Origin: Myxococcota bacterium
Lineage (GTDB): Bacteria > Myxococcota_A > Polyangia > Nannocystales > Nannocystaceae
Assembly (NCBI GenBank): GCA_039028615.1
Contig: JBCCHT010000054.1
Location: 20,696 to 84,695 of the forward strand
Length of the DNA: 64,000 nucleotides
Reading direction: 5' to 3'
Part shown: piece after piece, positions 38,816 to 51,739 of the stretch
Position numbering within the stretch: position 1 is the first letter of the stretch
Layout of the letters: the number at the start of each line of letters is the position of its first letter
The notes under the pieces: generated by a model
Databases searched by the model: none
What the model saw: only the letters and a program-made list of their open reading frames with translations
What the model was told of the DNA's origin: nothing
Translations under genes and position numbers: made by a program

Positions 38816-40390
38816 TCAGTCGTTCCCACTCGCCAGGCGCGACGGCACGGAGGCGGACTCGGAGTTGGCGGCCGGGGTCTTGCGGATCTGGACCAGCTTG
38901 GGGGCCGTGGGCGCGACGACCTTCTCGGGTAGCGCGGCCGCGGGCGCGGCCACGTCGCTGTCGATGATGCCGACCTCGTCGCGAAGGTGCGAGCCGGGAT
39001 CGCGCAAGATCGGGTAGTAGGCCTGTCGCTTGCGACGCCATCGCAGGGTGGACTTGACCATCTGCAGGAAGAACCCGGGGCGCTTGCGCAGCACGGGCAT
39101 CAAGCCCTTGAACACCGACGGCCAGGTGTCGTCCCGCTGGCGCGCCAGCTTGGTGTAGAAGCGCTCGCGCGAGATCTTGGTCGGCAGCACGACGTGCAGC
39201 AGATCGAATAGCCGCGTGTCCTTGGTCAGCAGCTCGTCGTAGCGCTCGCGGTAGAGCTGCGTCCCCGGCAGCGGGGTCAGGATGGTGACGATGGGCAGCA
39301 GGATGCCCAGCTCGTTGATGTGCGAGTAGAGGGTGTCGAAATCCTCTTCGGTGAACTCGGGCCGCACCATGAAGATGCCCGTGGCCGCGATGCCCAGCTC
39401 GTGCAGGATCTCGGCCGCCTTGCGGTTCTTCTCCACCGTGTTGCGCTTGAGCAGCGCCTTGAGTCCGTCCTCGTCGTTGGACTCGTAGCCCGACAGCACC
39501 ATGATGAGCCCCGCGTCGCGCAGGCGCTTCATGAGCTCGGGGTTGTCGGCGATGAAGTCGGTGCGCCCCTGGGTCAGGAAGTACTTCTTGATCCCCCGCT
39601 TTTCGATCTCGTCGCAGAGCTTCTCGAGCCGACCGCGGTTGGTCAGGAAGTTGTCATCGAGGAAGAAGACGCACTTTTCCTTGGTCTGCTCGAGTCGATC
39701 GCAGATCGCCTCGGCGCTGAGGAACCGGGTCTTGCGCTCGTAGAACTCCCAGATCGCACAGAAGTTGCAGTCGAAGCTGCACCCGCGCGAGGTGGCCATG
39801 GACGCCATGGGCCCGGCCACGAGGAAGAAGTAAGACTCGCTGTACTTGTCGATCAGGTGCCGGGCCGGGGCCGGGTACGAGTCGAGCTTGCGGGCCTGCG
39901 TGCGCTTGTTGGTGGTGTTCCACTTCGGCGTGCTGCGATGGTGCAGGCCGTCGATGTGGTGCAGCTCCGTGAAGCCGCCGCCCTGCTCGAGGTGCTCGAT
40001 CACCTCGCGGAAGGTGTCTTCACCTTCGCCCAGGCACACCGCGTCGACGCAGTCGACCTCGAACTCGTGGGGGGACAGCGTGGGGTGATGCCCACCGACC
40101 ATCGTGAAGACCCCGGGCCCGAGCGTGTTCTTGGCGGTCTGGAGCACCGCCTTGGCCTGATAGCAGTCGGTCGTCATCGCGGTGACGCCGACGAACTGCG
40201 GCTCGAACTCGAGAAGAGCACGATTGAGCGCGAACTCTCCCTCGAGACGCATGTCGAGGATACGAACCTCGTGCTCGGGGATCATCGCGGCGAGCTGGGT
40301 CAGAGCCACCGGTTCCGACAGCCAGATCATGTTTTCGAGTCCGAGACGCCCGGGCTCGAAGGGGGCCGGTTGTATGAGCAAGACGCGCAC
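38816..40390 (-). CDS. Cobalamin-dependent radical SAM protein, HpnR-like
   Basis: B12-binding N-domain (EPVAL, VGGHHPT), CSFDCNFC, FLDDNF, TPLPGT, TKDTRLFDLLHVVLPT...FY. Confidence 0.85.
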   Translation of the reverse strand: MRVLLIQPAPFEPGRLGLENMIWLSEPVALTQLAAMIPEHEVRILDMRLEGEFALNRALLEFEPQFVGVTAMTTDCYQAKAVLQTAKNTLGPGVFTMVGGHHPTLSPHEFEVDCVDAVCLGEGEDTFREVIEHLEQGGGFTELHHIDGLHHRSTPKWNTTNKRTQARKLDSYPAPARHLIDKYSESYFFLVAGPMASMATSRGCSFDCNFCAIWEFYERKTRFLSAEAICDRLEQTKEKCVFFLDDNFLTNRGRLEKLCDEIEKRGIKKYFLTQGRTDFIADNPELMKRLRDAGLIMVLSGYESNDEDGLKALLKRNTVEKNRKAAEILHELGIAATGIFMVRPEFTEEDFDTLYSHINELGILLPIVTILTPLPGTQLYRERYDELLTKDTRLFDLLHVVLPTKISRERFYTKLARQRDDTWPSVFKGLMPVLRKRPGFFLQMVKSTLRWRRKRQAYYPILRDPGSHLRDEVGIIDSDVAAPAAALPEKVVAPTAPKLVQIRKTPAANSESASVPSRLASGND

Positions 40391-40799
40391 TAGTCAGCTA
40401 CCTCCGAAGGTTCAATGCCCAACCGATATAGTCGACGGGCCTCACGGCCGTCCAACAGATCGTGGATAGGCGGCCCAAATCAGCGAATAATCGGTGGATG
40501 CTCCCGAGCGCCGTGCAAGGGCTCGAGCGGTCGAACGCAGCTGAATCCGCCATGACGCGTCGGGGTGACATTCGCTGCGAAGCCGAGATTGGGACGCTTC
40601 TCGTCGGCGTTGCGCCATTGAACGAACCGTAGACTGCATCGCAGTTTCAGCCTCCGTGTGCTCCACTGCCCCCCGTGCCCCGGGACGATCGTGACGCGCC
40701 GGCCGAATTCCTTCGACGACGGGGAAACGACCACGAGCCGGGGTTTGCTGGCCCCAGGCGAAGGTTCGACTACGGTGAACCCGTGCAGGCGAGACCGCG

Positions 40800-41954
40800 A
40801 TGAGTGCTCGGCGTTGGCTCCGACGGGTGGCGGTGGCGGCGGTGGTGCTCGGCGGCATCTCGGTCGCCCTCGGCTCGTACGTGCACTCCGATCTTCACCC
40901 CGGGCCTGTCCCCGAGATGGAGCCCGTGGCCGGCGTCGGCACGCTCTCGGCCCAGCAGTGCCGCGCCTGCCACCCCGACGTCTACTCCGAGTGGGCGGAG
41001 AGTCGGCACTCGCAGTCGCTCAGCGACCCGCTGTATCGGGCCGAGTTCAACCATAGCCGCCTGCCCTTCCTGTGCGAGCGCTGCCACGCCCCCCTGAAGG
41101 AGCAACGCGAAGACCTCACCTACGGCCTGTGGCTGGTGTGGCCCAAGCTCGTGCCCATCACCTGGCCCAACGATCGCTTCGACCCGCTGCTACGCGAGGA
41201 GGGAGTCACCTGCGTCGCCTGCCACCAGCGCGAGGGTTCGATCATGGGTCCGCGAGGCGTCGACGCGGTGCACCCCGCCAAAAAGGCCGACATGCGCGGC
41301 CCCTCGGGCTGCCAGGACTGCCACGTATTGTCCTTCGACGTGCTCGGCAAGCTCGAGCGACCGGTCATGGACACGGTGGCCGAGTGGGAAGACTACCGGG
41401 AACGGGGCGGAGACAAGGTCTGCGCCGACTGTCACATGCCGCCCACCGATCCCCGGCCCGTGGCGATCGGAGGCGTCGAGCAGGCCGCCACCAACCACCG
41501 CGTGCGCGGGCCCTGGGACCTCGACTTCGTCCAGACCGGCATCATCATCCGACGCGCCGAGATCGAGGCCACAGGCGGCACCGCGACGGTCGTCATCGGC
41601 AACGAGACGGGGCATCGGCTGCCCACCGCCGAGCCAGCCCGCTACATCGAGCTACGCCTGCAGGCCACCGACGCGCAGGGCACAGTGATCGCCACCGCCT
41701 CGGAGCGAATCGAGCGTGCCGTCGATCAAGCGAAGCTCGTGCCGCTGGGACCCGACTCGACCATCGAGCCCCTGGGTGAGCGCGAGGTCCAGCTGAGCCT
41801 CGGCGCCGACGAGCTCGCGGGCGCGCAGTCGCTGCACCTCACCGTCGACTTCTACCTGTGGGATCCCGCGGCCGACGTCTCGACCGAAGCGGGGCTCAGT
41901 GCCGAGCAGCTTCGGCATCGACTCGTCGATCAGCGCGCCGAGCGGGGCGGCTAA
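40800..41954 (+). CDS. Pentaheme c-type cytochrome (c554-like) with C-terminal beta domain
   Basis: Five CxxCH motifs: CRACH, CERCH, CVACH, CQDCH, CADCH; N-terminal TM/signal; GHRLPT. Confidence 0.85.
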   Translation: MSARRWLRRVAVAAVVLGGISVALGSYVHSDLHPGPVPEMEPVAGVGTLSAQQCRACHPDVYSEWAESRHSQSLSDPLYRAEFNHSRLPFLCERCHAPLKEQREDLTYGLWLVWPKLVPITWPNDRFDPLLREEGVTCVACHQREGSIMGPRGVDAVHPAKKADMRGPSGCQDCHVLSFDVLGKLERPVMDTVAEWEDYRERGGDKVCADCHMPPTDPRPVAIGGVEQAATNHRVRGPWDLDFVQTGIIIRRAEIEATGGTATVVIGNETGHRLPTAEPARYIELRLQATDAQGTVIATASERIERAVDQAKLVPLGPDSTIEPLGEREVQLSLGADELAGAQSLHLTVDFYLWDPAADVSTEAGLSAEQLRHRLVDQRAERGG

Positions 41955-44900
41955 CGGCGAGACTTGCCCGGGCCCTGAAGCCACGCCTCGATCTCCGCGG
42001 CGAGGGTCTCGTCGTCGCCGTCATTGCGCAGCTCGTCGAGGGCCGCCCGGGCCAGCCGACGGGCGCGAGCGGGCTGCGTTCGCGCTCCGGCGAGGGCTCG
42101 CGCCAGCGCGAACCGAGCCTGGACCCGAGGCGTACCGTCGTTGGCCTCGCCGATGCTCACCGCTCGCTCCAGGACCTCGAGGGCCGCCTCGGGCTCGCCG
42201 CGATCGAGATGGACGAACCCGAGGGCGAGCGCCCGATCCGCGATGAACACGTGCTCGGGGCCCAGTGCGGCCTCGACGATCGCCAGGGCCCGACGCTGAT
42301 ACTCGAGCGCCTCGGCCCAGCGCTCTTGCTCGCGGTAGACGTCGCCGATCATCCCGAGCACCTCGGCGAAATCGGGGTGCTCCGACCCGTGCGCCTTCTC
42401 GGCGATCGTCAGCGCCCGATGATAGTGCACGAGCGCCTCGCCGTAGCGCTGCCGCGCCACACACACGCTGCCGATGTTGCCCAGCACGATGCCCATGTGC
42501 GGGTGCTCCGGGCCCAGCCCGTGCTCGAAGATCTCCGCCGCCCGCTCGAACAACAGCTGAGCCTCGTCGTACTCGCCCTGACGACGAAGAATGTTGCCGA
42601 TGTTGTTCAACGAGGCGCCGATCGACGGGTGGTTCGGGGGGAAGACGTGCTCCCGCACCTCCAGCGCACGGCGGTAGTAGCTCAGACCGCGCTCGGGCTC
42701 TCCGCGGCTGAGGTAGTCGATGCCCACGGCGTTGAGCGACTGGGCGACATCGGGGTGGTACTGGCCATGGGCGCGCTCGCGTGCGGCCAGGGCCCGATGA
42801 TGAGCCTCCAGGGCTTCGTCGTAGCGCCCCTGGTCGTTGAGCAGGTTCCCCAGGTTGAAGCGCGTGCGCGCGACGTCGACGTGGTCGGGCCCGAACGCGG
42901 GCTCCGTGATGGACAAGACCTTGCGGTACACCCCCTCCGCCCGCTCGTACTTCGCTTGCATCACGAGGGCGACCGCCACGTTGTTCAGCGTGGACGCGAC
43001 GTCGGGATGCTCGGCGCCGAGCTCCTTTTCCTTGATCGCCACTGCCCGCTCGAAGGCCTCCAGCGCCTCGTCGGCTCGTCCGAGGTTCTTGTGGGCGATG
43101 CCCATGTTGTTGACGAGCGTCGCGATCTGGGGAAACTCGGGATCCCCCAGGCGCTCGCGGATCTCCAGCGCCTGCTCGTACAGCTCGAGCGCTCGTTCGT
43201 GCTCACCACGACCGCCATGCAGCAACCCCGTGTTGTTGAGCAGCCGCGCGTGGGCACGCTCGTCTCCCAGTCGATCGATGTCGGCCGTGGCGTGTTTGAC
43301 CCACTGCTCGGCCTCGTCGTACTTGGCCTGCCGATACCCCAGCACGTAGACCATGTGGGTGGCCAGCTCCGCCTTGACGTCGTGCTGACCGTCTTCGGCG
43401 GCGCCGAAGTAAGCCTCGCGGAAGGTCTCGAGCGCCTCCGGGAAGCGCCCCTCGTCGAGGTGAATGTCGCCGATCACGTGCCCCGCTTCCGCGAGCAACG
43501 GAGCATTCCCCAGCGCCTCGGCCTGGCCTCGTACGTCCTCGGCAATGGTCATCGCCATGTCGAAGTCGCTGGCGAGGCGCAGCGCTTTGGTCCGCGCGAG
43601 GCTAGCCCGCAGCGCCGCGAGTTTCTCGCTCTCGTCCGCGTCCTCGACGGGCAGCACGGTGGCTTGGACGTAGGCCGGGTCGGCACAGCTGGCGACGGAC
43701 GGCAGACCGCGGGCGGCCAGCACCGAGCGCGGCATCAGCTCGGGACCGTTGGTGCTCAGCGCATCCCGCAGACCCGCGAGCTGATCCCGACGGCCGTCCA
43801 GACAGCGGATGCGTGCCGCGGTCGCGGCCTCGGACCGTTCATCTTCGACGAGCGTGGCCTGGCAGGCATCGACGTAGCCCGCCGACAGCTCCGCCGCGTA
43901 TCCGTCCAACAACTCGCTCAGTCGCGTCCATGAGTCCTCCGCGTAGGGAAGATCCGTTCGCCCGACCTCCGCCTCGACCTTGGCGGCGACCTGTGAATCC
44001 CAGACCCCGTGGAGTCGGTCGCCCGCGGCCGCGCACGCGCTCGCCTGTGGTCCCGTCCACATCAAGCCCCCCGCCACCAGAGCCGACAACCCCAGCCCCA
44101 CGGCGGCGAAGCGCCCGTAGGCGGGTCGTCGCGTCGAGGCCTCGATCACGCGCAGGACGTCGGCCATCGACGTGAAGCGAGCGTCGGGCTTGGGCGCCAG
44201 GCCGCGGAGCAACATCGGGTGCAGCCATCGAGGCACGGCGCGGTCCGACGGCATCGCGGGCGCCTGGTGGAGCTTGGCCTCGCACAGCTCGCGAAGTTCG
44301 TCCCCCTCGAACGGCCAGACCCCGTAGATCGCCTGCCACAGCGCCACACAGAACGCGTACTGGTCGCTGCGAGCATCGCTGGCCAGCCCGAGGTGCTGCT
44401 CGGGCGCCATGTAGTATGGCGATCCGAGCACGGTGCCCGTCTGCGTCAACGAGCCCTCGTGCGACGACGTCAGCGGGCCACCGCTGGGCATGCTGTCTTG
44501 GAGTTCCTCTTCATCGCTGAAGCACGCGAGGCCGAAGTCCATTACCCGGACCCGCCCCGCGTCGTCGATCATCACGTTGCTCGGCTTGAAGTCACGATGC
44601 ACGATGCCGGCCTCGTGCGCCGCCTGGAGCCCCCGCGCCGCCTCGACGAAGCGAGGCAAGACCTCCGACCACCGTCGTGGCCGCCCGCCCAGCCACTCGT
44701 GGAGCGTTTGCCCCTCGACCAGCTCCATCGCGACGAACACGACTCCGTCATCGTGGCCGACATCGTAGACGGGCAGCACATTCGGATGGTTGAGCCGAGC
44801 CATGGCCTGGGCCTCGCGGATCAACCGGGCTCGAGCCGCGTCGCTCGGCAGCTCGTCGTTGCGCAGCACCTTGATGGCGACCTTGCGATCGAGGCGCTCG

Positions 44901-45136
44901 TCGTGGGCCGCGTGAACCGTACCCATCCCGCCCTCGCCGATCTTCTCGAGCAAGGTGAAGCGACCGAGCGTGTCCGGAGACGGGGGACGGCGAAACAGCA
45001 GGGCCCGGACCCGGGCCGCGATCTTTCGCTGGACCTGGCTCTGACTGCTCGGCGCCTCGCCGTTCGCAGTGCTCACGATCGTCGGAGCGTTGTCTCCAAC
45101 GCCCCGCTCTTCGACATCCGACGATAGCCGCTCCAC
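41951..45136 (-). CDS. Ser/Thr protein kinase with TM segment and TPR repeats
   Basis: GEGGMG, VAIK, HRDFKPSN, DFGLA, YMAPEQ; kinesin-light-chain-like TPRs (HPDVA). Confidence 0.95.
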   Translation of the reverse strand: MERLSSDVEERGVGDNAPTIVSTANGEAPSSQSQVQRKIAARVRALLFRRPPSPDTLGRFTLLEKIGEGGMGTVHAAHDERLDRKVAIKVLRNDELPSDAARARLIREAQAMARLNHPNVLPVYDVGHDDGVVFVAMELVEGQTLHEWLGGRPRRWSEVLPRFVEAARGLQAAHEAGIVHRDFKPSNVMIDDAGRVRVMDFGLACFSDEEELQDSMPSGGPLTSSHEGSLTQTGTVLGSPYYMAPEQHLGLASDARSDQYAFCVALWQAIYGVWPFEGDELRELCEAKLHQAPAMPSDRAVPRWLHPMLLRGLAPKPDARFTSMADVLRVIEASTRRPAYGRFAAVGLGLSALVAGGLMWTGPQASACAAAGDRLHGVWDSQVAAKVEAEVGRTDLPYAEDSWTRLSELLDGYAAELSAGYVDACQATLVEDERSEAATAARIRCLDGRRDQLAGLRDALSTNGPELMPRSVLAARGLPSVASCADPAYVQATVLPVEDADESEKLAALRASLARTKALRLASDFDMAMTIAEDVRGQAEALGNAPLLAEAGHVIGDIHLDEGRFPEALETFREAYFGAAEDGQHDVKAELATHMVYVLGYRQAKYDEAEQWVKHATADIDRLGDERAHARLLNNTGLLHGGRGEHERALELYEQALEIRERLGDPEFPQIATLVNNMGIAHKNLGRADEALEAFERAVAIKEKELGAEHPDVASTLNNVAVALVMQAKYERAEGVYRKVLSITEPAFGPDHVDVARTRFNLGNLLNDQGRYDEALEAHHRALAARERAHGQYHPDVAQSLNAVGIDYLSRGEPERGLSYYRRALEVREHVFPPNHPSIGASLNNIGNILRRQGEYDEAQLLFERAAEIFEHGLGPEHPHMGIVLGNIGSVCVARQRYGEALVHYHRALTIAEKAHGSEHPDFAEVLGMIGDVYREQERWAEALEYQRRALAIVEAALGPEHVFIADRALALGFVHLDRGEPEAALEVLERAVSIGEANDGTPRVQARFALARALAGARTQPARARRLARAALDELRNDGDDETLAAEIEAWLQGPGKSRR

Positions 45137-45395
45137 CCCAATGCTCGGTCACCCCGCTCCACGACTTCTATTCACCCATCGACATCCCATGGCCTCGACG
45201 CCGTCGAACATGATTCGGCAGCGTCTGTGACAGTGGGCCTCGTCCCGAGGCATCGTCCCGAATGTCGCCGATCGATTTCGCTCACCTCCTGGATCAACCG
45301 GCGTTAGTTGCGCATCGCGATGCAGTGTGCAGAGTTCGCCGATGTGTCAGGGGATTTCACAAAAACCTACAATGGATCTATTAGTGAAGTGTATG

Positions 45396-45415
45396 AATGT
45401 ATTATAGAATACATT
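45396..45415. promoter_or_regulatory. Palindromic operator-like site in AT-rich divergent promoter region
   Basis: AATGTATT-ATAG-AATACATT perfect 8-bp inverted repeat inside an AT-rich stretch (~45360-45460). Confidence 0.55.
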
Positions 45416-45512
45416 TCATTACAAAATGGTATGATGTATTTTCAAAATCTTCCCTTGTAAACGAAAGTCGCCGGTGCAGGCTGATGTCGGACAAGGGAAG
45501 AGATTCGCCGCC

Positions 45513-45956
45513 ATGATCGCAACCCGCACCACCTTCGCCGCCATGCTCCTCGCCTCGACCGTCGCCACCGGCTGCGACGCTTGGGACCAGGGCATGATCG
45601 GACCGGAGGGCGGGGTGGTGGTCTCCGAGGATGGCCGCATGGCCCTGGAGATCCCGGCGGGTGCCCTCGACGAGACGGTCGACATCAGCATCGAGCGACT
45701 CGAAGGTCCGCAGGGTGCCGCGGGCGACCTGTACGTCGTCGAGCCCATCGGCCTCACCTTCGCCACCCCGGCGATCATGACCTTCGACTACGACGACGAG
45801 ACCCTCGGCGATCACGATGCCGAGGCCCTGAGCCTGGTGGCACAGCGCGAGGCCAGCTGGGCCTATCTCGGCGACCAGCTCGTCGACGGCGAAGACCAGA
45901 CCGTCTCCGCCAGCCTCATGGCCCTGTCCCCCGTGACCGTCGTCGTCGAAGACTAA
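45513..45956 (+). CDS. Small lipoprotein, ZU5-like domain
   Basis: ATGC lipobox-like; IGPEGGVV...LEIPAGAL...EPIGLTFATP. Confidence 0.75.
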   Translation: MIATRTTFAAMLLASTVATGCDAWDQGMIGPEGGVVVSEDGRMALEIPAGALDETVDISIERLEGPQGAAGDLYVVEPIGLTFATPAIMTFDYDDETLGDHDAEALSLVAQREASWAYLGDQLVDGEDQTVSASLMALSPVTVVVED

Positions 45957-46120
45957 ACGACGAACGCGGCCGCGAACGAACAGCCCGAGCAACCGTGGTG
46001 TTGCCCGGGCGCTCGACGTTTCAGCGCCGCGGAAGAACCAGACCCCCTCGTGCGTGGGGGTGTAAATCCAAAGCGAGGGGCACAGTCGCTCATCGATTTG
46101 TGGTTTGATGGCGGCGACCA

Positions 46121-46384
46121 ATGCGTGAAGAACAAACGATGGCATTGATCTGCTTTTCGGGCCTCAACGAAGCGGAGTCCGAGACGCACGTGCAGATCTG
46201 CCTGGGCACCGAAGGCGGAGCCAGCACGGCCAAGGAGCCCTACTTCTTCACCATCACCATCGCCAACGGGAACGTACCCAAGAGCGATGCGCAGCGCCGC
46301 CAGATCCCGCTGTCGCGCAAGGACATGAAGAACCTGCGGCGATGGATCGACCAGGTCTTGCCGACCGACGACGACGGACTCTGA
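46121..46384 (+). CDS. Small hypothetical protein
   Basis: GC3-biased codons and globular-looking composition; start may be the ATG at 46139. Confidence 0.55.
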   Translation: MREEQTMALICFSGLNEAESETHVQICLGTEGGASTAKEPYFFTITIANGNVPKSDAQRRQIPLSRKDMKNLRRWIDQVLPTDDDGL

Positions 46385-46525
46385 CACCACGGCATCGACG
46401 CCGGCTCATCGCGCGTAACCGAACGGCAGGTCCCCGACTACCGGGGGCTGATGTTCCCCGAGTACCCCCCGGCGATGAGAGCCGCGCTCCTCGTTTCGGG
46501 AGCCGCGGCCAAGGCTCGTCGCCGC

Positions 46526-47122
46526 CTACGAAACCCCGCGATCACCCACCGCTTCACCGTGGCAGGCCATCCACGCGTCGGCCCAAGCCCGCGCCTCCAT
46601 AATCCACTCGCTGGGAATCTGATCGAGCGGCGGCTCCTCGAACGTCGTCTCGGTGCGCAGGCCCGGCAGATACTCGCTCATCTCGGCATCGCCCCGCGCC
46701 GCCGCGATGAGAATGAACGATAGCGACACGACATAGGCTTCATGCTGCTCGGGCTGCGGCGCGCCCTTCATGAACATCGACGAGAACATCATGCTGCCGA
46801 CCATGGCCTGCGCCTTGCGATGCCCCTGCGTCGCCGCGCTCTCCAGAGCCCCCATCGCCAGCAAGTAGGGCTCCGTTTTGTAGTGCTCTCCGTCGCGCGC
46901 CTCTTCGAGCTTGGCGACGCCACGCGCGTAGGCTTCTTCGGCCACCTGGGCCTCGACCAGGGAGACGCACTCCTCCCCGTCGGCGTCGGCTTCATCGGTC
47001 GGCGCCGTGGCCTCGGGCGCGGCATCGACCTCGCCGGGCGGGGTCGTCTCGGGCGGGGTGCTCCCGGTTTTGGAACAGCCACCGAGGGCCAACAGGATCA
47101 CTCCGACTGCAATGCGCCGCAC
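46526..47122 (-). CDS. Lipoprotein with Sel1-like helical repeat
   Basis: Lipobox LGGC; AATQGHRKAQAMVG and AAARGD. Confidence 0.7.
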   Translation of the reverse strand: MRRIAVGVILLALGGCSKTGSTPPETTPPGEVDAAPEATAPTDEADADGEECVSLVEAQVAEEAYARGVAKLEEARDGEHYKTEPYLLAMGALESAATQGHRKAQAMVGSMMFSSMFMKGAPQPEQHEAYVVSLSFILIAAARGDAEMSEYLPGLRTETTFEEPPLDQIPSEWIMEARAWADAWMACHGEAVGDRGVS

Positions 47123-47695
47123 CGCGCAACCGTATCAGCGTCGTGATCGACTGCGGCGAGTGGCCGAAATCGGGCCTCTAACCGGGTCTACGTGAAGTTT
47201 GGTGAAATCCCGGGGTTCAGGTGATCCCGGAGTTGGATTCATGACGATCTCCACTCGACGTCATGAATTCGACACCCCGCGGGGTGATGGAGGTCGATGT
47301 GCTCCGGCCGAGCAGCCCGCTTTCGCCACGCGCGAGGGTCAGTCGGACCCGCTCCACACGATGCAAACGCCAGCGCTCAAAGGTCGAGCGGAAGATCGTC
47401 GAAGTCCCACTGGAAGGCCGAGAAACGCGGCTCGGGCTTCGTGGTGATGGTGGCGCCACCGGGCCCGACCACGCGTCTTCGAACACGAACACCGGGGCTC
47501 AGCTGCTCCCATGTACGTGCATGTCCGGCGACCCGATGGCACGCGTGGGAACTCTCGTCGAAGACGAACTTGTTGGTCATGACTCCACCTCGACCTTTCA
47601 CATCGACCTCCTCCATCGATGCAGGAACCGATCCGATCGTCGGGTGTCAAAACGGCGGCAGGCGCCGATGTAGGCGATCCTGCGACGTTTCCCGC

Positions 47696-50701
<3,006 letters not shown>

Positions 50702-50829
50702 GCCTCGACGCCCATGATGCCCGCTGGGCGCAGGGGTGCAAATTCGCCGTCGCGACCCGCCAGCAGGCCCGTGCCGGGCGTACCGACGGCACCGCCGGAC
50801 CCGTGCCACAGCAGTGGTACCCTGCGGCC

Positions 50830-51447
50830 GTGAGCACCGACCTCGAGCTGCTCGAGGCCTGGAAGACGGGCGATCGAAAGGCGGGCAGCGAGCTGTTCGA
50901 GCGCCACTTCGACAGCATCTGCCGGTTCTTCGCCAACAAGGTACAGCACGACGTCGACGATCTCGTGCAGCGGACCTTCATCGCGTGCGTCGAGGGCAAG
51001 GAACGATTCCGCGGGCAGTCGAGCTTTCGGACCTACCTGTTCGGCGTCGCCCACAACGTGCTGCGCTCCCACCTGAGAAAGCGGCGGCGCGAGGGCGAGC
51101 GCTTCGATTTCGGCGTCACCTCGGTCTTCGACCTCGGCCTGTCGCCCACCACGCTCATCGCCCAGCGCAAGGAACAGCTGCTCATCCTCCAGGCACTGCG
51201 GCGGATCCCCCTCGACCACCAGATCGTGCTCGAGCTTTATTACTGGGAGAACATGATCGCCAAGGATCTCGGCGAAGTGCTGCAGATCCCCGAGGGCACC
51301 GTGCGTGGTCGCATCCGTCGCGCCAAGCAGCTGCTCGAAGAGCAGCTCGCCGAGCTCGCCGAGACCGACGACCTCGAGAACACGATGAGCAACCTCGACA
51401 GCTGGGCGCGGTCGCTCCGGGCCAAGATCCTGCCCGACAAGACGTAG
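50830..51447 (+). CDS. ECF sigma-70 factor
   Basis: DDLVQRTF, FRGQSSFRTYLFGVAHN, IPEGTVRGRIRRAK; divergent from the kinase gene. GTG start inferred. Confidence 0.9.
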   Translation: MSTDLELLEAWKTGDRKAGSELFERHFDSICRFFANKVQHDVDDLVQRTFIACVEGKERFRGQSSFRTYLFGVAHNVLRSHLRKRRREGERFDFGVTSVFDLGLSPTTLIAQRKEQLLILQALRRIPLDHQIVLELYYWENMIAKDLGEVLQIPEGTVRGRIRRAKQLLEEQLAELAETDDLENTMSNLDSWARSLRAKILPDKT

Positions 51448-51739
51448 TCGCGGCGGACGGACGCCACCATCGGAGCACCGATCTCTCGTCGTTGCCGAGG
51501 GGGCCCGAACCGTCGGTGCTCGACGGCTGCTGACGAACACGAAACCCACGACCCGGAACAATCGGTCCCAAAATGCGGCCGACGGCGTCCCATCAGTGTT
51601 TCGATGACAACAATGGCCCGTTCGTGGTTCGCGACCGGAAGAAATTAGTTTCGTTCTCTTACCGCCGGGCCAGATTTTGTAACCGTCGTCATGGAATCAC
51701 CGTAACCTATGCATCGATTCGAGCACGAAAGCCGGGGCC

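Noticed and set aside
47200..47690. Possible small gene between the Sel1-like lipoprotein and the kinase
   Set aside because: Several short overlapping ORFs on both strands, none with convincing motifs or start signals.
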